A stretch of DNA of 40,810 nucleotides, from assembly GCA_012031815.1 (NCBI GenBank), contig JAAUTE010000001.1, positions 1 through 40,810 of the forward strand, written 5' to 3'. Source of the stretch: Chloroflexaceae bacterium. GTDB taxonomy: Bacteria > Cyanobacteriota > Cyanobacteriia > Cyanobacteriales > JAAUTE01. Shown piece after piece: positions 37,732 through 40,810 of the stretch (its first letter is position 1; each line of letters begins with the position of its first letter). The notes beneath the pieces were generated by a model. That model had not been told where the DNA came from. It worked only from the letters and a program-made list of their open reading frames with translations, and searched no databases. Both the position numbers and the translations under genes were made by a program.

Positions 37732-38661
37732 ATGAAGTATTACGTTGCTGCTGAGCGTTTTTGTCTGCTCGGTCACTTGTTGTCAATGGTGTTTGGCTTG
37801 GCAGGACTATTGTGGGTCATCCCGCACCCGGAATTTATTGCACGGTTACCGGCGATCGGTTTGAAGGCGTTTAGCTGGTCAATGGCTGGAGGCGGTGCAG
37901 TTTATATGGTTTTGGGCATGGTGGCGGTCGCGATCTACGCTTACCGAACCCTCGGCGTTTGGCACTGGCTGTCTTTTATGATTCCGTCAATTGTGCTGTC
38001 CCTGGGCAGCGAACTGCTGGGAACTAGTACGGGGTTTCCCTTTGGTCATTACCATTACTTAAGCGGTTTGGGCTACAAGATTGCGGGGTTAGTGCCTTTC
38101 ACTATCCCCCTGTCGTGGTTTTATCTGGGATTTTGTGCCTATCTCATTGCACGGGCTGGTCTAATGGGCCTCGGATTGCCTAACTGGGCGCGACTGACGG
38201 GGGCGATCGTCTTGGGAGCACTGATGTTGACCTGCTGGGATTTTGTCCTCGATCCGGCCATGAGTCAAGCGAGCGTGCCTTTTTGGGAATGGGAGCAGCC
38301 AGGGGCTTTTTTTGGGATGCCTTACCAGAATTTTGCTGGTTGGTTCGGTACCGGGGCTTTGTTTATGGCGATCGCCACTGGGCTGTGGCAGGCTCGACCG
38401 CTGGTGCTGCCCCAAAATCAACTGGTGTTTCCCCTGGTCGTTTATTTAAGCAATTTTGCCTTTGCGGCCGTTATGAGCTTGGGCAGTGGTTTTTATATCC
38501 CCGTGTTGCTGGGCTTAGGGCTGGGCATTGCACCGATGTTGATTTTGTTTGGCCTGTCTCAGCTTGCTCCCCTGGGCAAGGAGGATTCGCTGTCGGTGGA
38601 GCTGGTGGGTAAGCCGCCTTGGTCTTTGTCCGTTCCCCTGTTGGGAGCCGTCCGCAAGTGA
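37732..38661 (+). CDS. cruF: Carotenoid biosynthesis membrane protein (Caroten_synth/DUF422 family; CruF-like carotenoid 1',2'-hydratase/hydroxylase)
   Basis: The polytopic 309-aa protein carries the motifs GFPFGHYHYLSGLG, CWDFVLDPAMSQ and FWEWEQPGAFFGMPYQNFAGWF. It is immediately followed by, and overlaps, a GT2 glycosyltransferase gene, as for cruF-cruG in Synechococcus PCC 7002. Confidence 0.65.
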   Translation: MKYYVAAERFCLLGHLLSMVFGLAGLLWVIPHPEFIARLPAIGLKAFSWSMAGGGAVYMVLGMVAVAIYAYRTLGVWHWLSFMIPSIVLSLGSELLGTSTGFPFGHYHYLSGLGYKIAGLVPFTIPLSWFYLGFCAYLIARAGLMGLGLPNWARLTGAIVLGALMLTCWDFVLDPAMSQASVPFWEWEQPGAFFGMPYQNFAGWFGTGALFMAIATGLWQARPLVLPQNQLVFPLVVYLSNFAFAAVMSLGSGFYIPVLLGLGLGIAPMLILFGLSQLAPLGKEDSLSVELVGKPPWSLSVPLLGAVRK

Positions 38662-39869
38662 ATTCTTCGGCGATCGCAGTGGTTTTGGGGGCAGTTTGCT
38701 TGGGGCTGTTGAGTTTTCAGGGAACTGCGGCCCTAATTTTACTGGCTCGCTTGCTGCGAGGCCCCGCACGGGCCAAGCCCCTCGCGCCCAAAGCTCCCAC
38801 GCCCGCTCACTTGGGTGCCGTGAGTGTGGTAGTCCCGACGCTCAATGAAGTCCATCGCATCGGGCCCTGTTTGGCGGGGTTGAGCCGTCAGAGCTACGAG
38901 GTGCGGGAAATTGCGATCGTAGACAGTCATTCCCAGGACGGCACGCGGGAGAAGGTTAAAACTGCTGGACAGCGAGACCCCCGCATTCGGTTGCTGACCG
39001 ATACCCCCCTACCGGCCGGCTGGGTGGGGCGGCCTTGGGCCCTGGATTACGGCTTTCGCCACACTGCCCAGAAAAGCCAGTGGTTTTTGGGAATTGATGC
39101 CGATACCGAACCTCAGCCGGGATTGGTGACGGCCTTGCTAGCAGCGGCGGAAGGGGGGGACTACGATTTGATTTCCCTCGCGCCGCAATTTATTCTGTAT
39201 GCTCCGGGGGAATGGTGGCTGCAACCGGCTTTACTGATGACCTTGCTCTATCGGTTTGAGGCAGCGGGCCTGTCCGCCCAGGTACCGGAGCGGGTCATGG
39301 CCAATGGACAATGTTTTTTGTGCCGCCGCTCGGTGCTGGAGCAAGTGGATGGCTACGCCAGTGCCGCTCGTTCTTTCTGCGATGATGTAACCCTGGCCCG
39401 TAATATTGCTAAAAGAGGCTTTAAGGTGGGCTTTCTAGATGGTTCTCGGTTGCTGAAGGTGCGGATGTATGAAGGGGCGCTGGAAACCTGGCAGGAATGG
39501 GGACGCTCTTTAGACCTGAAGGATGCTGCTGCTCCAGGGCAGTTGGGGATGGATTTGTGGCTTTTGGCCAGCGTTCAGGGATTGCCGCTGTTGTTATCCC
39601 TGGTTTTAGGGGTTTGGCTGGCGTTGGGCTATGATTTCTTGACCCTGCGGCTGGCGTTGGGATTAAATCTCTTCTTGATGGTAATTCGCTGGGCACTGCT
39701 GTTGGCGATCCTGCCTGCCTACGATCGCCAACGAGGGGGGCGGGCTTTTTGGCTGTTTTGGCTGTCGCCCCTGGCCGATCCCCTGGCGGTACTGCGGATT
39801 TTTCTGTCGGCGGCAAGGACTCCGACCCAGTGGCGGGGCCGCTCCTATGAATCCTTGGGGGGACATTGA
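38658..39869 (+). CDS. cruG: Family-2 glycosyltransferase, CruG-like (myxol 2'-O-glycosyltransferase candidate)
   Basis: An N-terminal TM segment is followed by VSVVVPTLNE...IAIVDSHSQDGT...GWVGRPWAL...GIDADT and C-terminal TM helices. The ORF is open from 38619. GTG 38658 overlaps the cruF stop as GTGA, which suggests translational coupling. Confidence 0.6.
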   Translation: MNSSAIAVVLGAVCLGLLSFQGTAALILLARLLRGPARAKPLAPKAPTPAHLGAVSVVVPTLNEVHRIGPCLAGLSRQSYEVREIAIVDSHSQDGTREKVKTAGQRDPRIRLLTDTPLPAGWVGRPWALDYGFRHTAQKSQWFLGIDADTEPQPGLVTALLAAAEGGDYDLISLAPQFILYAPGEWWLQPALLMTLLYRFEAAGLSAQVPERVMANGQCFLCRRSVLEQVDGYASAARSFCDDVTLARNIAKRGFKVGFLDGSRLLKVRMYEGALETWQEWGRSLDLKDAAAPGQLGMDLWLLASVQGLPLLLSLVLGVWLALGYDFLTLRLALGLNLFLMVIRWALLLAILPAYDRQRGGRAFWLFWLSPLADPLAVLRIFLSAARTPTQWRGRSYESLGGH

Positions 39870-39981
39870 GCCAGACTTAGGAAGCTGGGGCCATGATTAC
39901 GACAGTTTGTCTTTTGACAATGGGGGGGGTGAACTTTCATCATGCAAGAAAGCAATTTGGTGTTGAGTTCCCCCAAACAAG

Positions 39982-40810
39982 ATGAACCGTTGGCTACAGC
40001 TTTTCTTAGGCTTACTGTTGGGATTGCTAGTCAGTTCTAGCACAGCAAAATTGCGATCGCAGACACAGCCAGCGCCTTGGATTGGTTTCGTGCTGGTGTT
40101 GAAAGTGTGAGCCAGGAGAATTATCCTCAGGCCTTGGAGGCGTTCACTCAAGCGATCCAGCTTAACAGTCGCTTTGGGGCAGCCTACAGCAATCGCTGCA
40201 CGATTCATCTGTATTTAAATAAAAATGATGAGGCTAGTGCTGACTGTTATTTAGCGACGCAGTACAGTCCTAACAATCCCGAAGCTTTTTTAAATTTAGG
40301 GTTGGCTCACTATCGTCTTGGCAATCATCAGCGAGCGCTAGTAGCTTATCAAAGGGCGATCGCCCGCGCCCCCCCAAGATTTTCGGATTTACTACAATCA
40401 AGGCTTGGCCTATTTTGCTTTGGGCGACTACGACAGGGCAATTCAAAATTACGATCTGGCCCTGGCCTTGGCTGCAATCGTTCCTGGCGATCGCCAAGGG
40501 GAGATTTATCTCGATCGGGGCTTGAGTTACTTGATGCAAGAAGAAATAGAGGCAGCCATTGCTGATTTTACCCAGGCCATTGCTTGGCAAAAAAATAGCG
40601 ATCGCGCTTACTATAATCGCGCCTGTGCCTATTCCCGTGGGGGCGGGCTGCGGGAAGCGATCGCCGATTTCACCCAAGCTTTGGCGATTAATCCCAACTT
40701 GAGCGAAGCCTATGCCAGTCGAGGGTTTTTGCGCCATCAACTGGGGTGGGAACGGGGCGCACTGGAAGATTTAGCGATCGCTTCCCGCCACTTCCAGCAG
40801 CAGGGCAATC
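39982..40810 (+). pseudogene. Secreted or periplasmic TPR-repeat protein, read across three frames, running off the right edge
   Basis: ATG 39982 gives the signal peptide MNRWLQLFLGLLLGLLVSSSTA. A second frame (open from 40041) reads ...ALDWFRAGVESVSQENYPQALEAFTQAIQLNSRFGAAYSNRC...GNHQRALVAYQRAIA. A third frame, after the C7 run 40369-40375, reads PQDFRIYYNQGLAYFALGDYDRAIQNYDLAL...AYYNRACAYS...AYASRGFL... and continues to the window end. Confidence 0.7.

Larger units (their letters stand above)
1..40810. repeat. Dispersed HIP1 octamer (GCGATCGC), highly over-represented
   Basis: I counted roughly 80 exact copies by eye, about 1 per 500 bp, for example at 186, 1010, 3828, 9436, 18060, 24420, 30250, 37447 and 40358. 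They occur in genes and spacers and in all reading frames. An 8-mer palindrome is expected about once in a window this size. Confidence 0.9.

Noticed and set aside
39897-40740. ORFs 39897..40208 (-) and 40270..40740 (-)
   Set aside because: They are antisense to the TPR gene, whose repeats are unmistakable on the plus strand.
1-40810. Programmed ribosomal frameshifting as the explanation for the split genes
   Set aside because: The breaks occur in unrelated housekeeping genes and in both the +1 and -1 directions. They sit at simple mononucleotide runs, with no shared slippery heptamer or downstream structure. Indel error or mutation is far more parsimonious.
1-40810. CRISPR arrays, transposases, integrases, toxin-antitoxin pairs or a genomic island next to tRNA-Arg
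   Set aside because: I saw no spaced direct repeats of 25-40 nt, and the HIP1 copies are only 8 nt long and irregularly spaced. No ORF has transposase, integrase or Cas motifs. The tRNA flanks are core genes (ccaA and a small conserved ORF).

Overview
This is a cyanobacterial chromosomal segment. The HIP1 octamer GCGATCGC occurs about 80 times by my eye count. The content is almost entirely housekeeping and photosynthesis genes, with no transposase, integrase, CRISPR array or recognisable defence cassette. Recognisable landmarks are listed below.

- **Phylloquinone genes:** menF and menA, divergent.
- **Stringent response:** spoT/rel.
- **tRNA:** tRNA-Arg(CCG).
- **Carbon fixation:** the carboxysomal beta-carbonic anhydrase ccaA.
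- **Other core genes:** recQ, a GUN4-domain gene, moeA and murF.
- **Phycocyanin operon:** cpcB-cpcA-cpcC-cpcD-cpcE on the minus strand.
- **Carotenoid genes:** a cruF-cruG-like pair (myxoxanthophyll pathway) divergent from cpcB.

**Main finding.** About ten otherwise conserved genes are split by single-base frame breaks. They are menF, yihY, a histidine-kinase-like gene, a tandem PTPS gene, a cytochrome-b-like gene, recQ, a REC-PAS-GGDEF-EAL gene, a TPR gene and a small membrane ORF. The best candidate position for most breaks is a homopolymer run. This points first to assembly or sequencing indels, and otherwise to unusual pseudogenisation.

**Other loci worth a second look:**
- a CBM20-SGNH-DUF1796-like multidomain protein
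- an orphan cytochrome b6-like protein with a His-to-Gln change at one heme ligand
- a kinase-like protein with an intact H-box but degenerate ATP-binding boxes
- the 709-bp non-coding spacer between cpcB and cruF

I found no clear novel multi-gene system. All homology calls come from reading motifs in the translations; no database search was possible.
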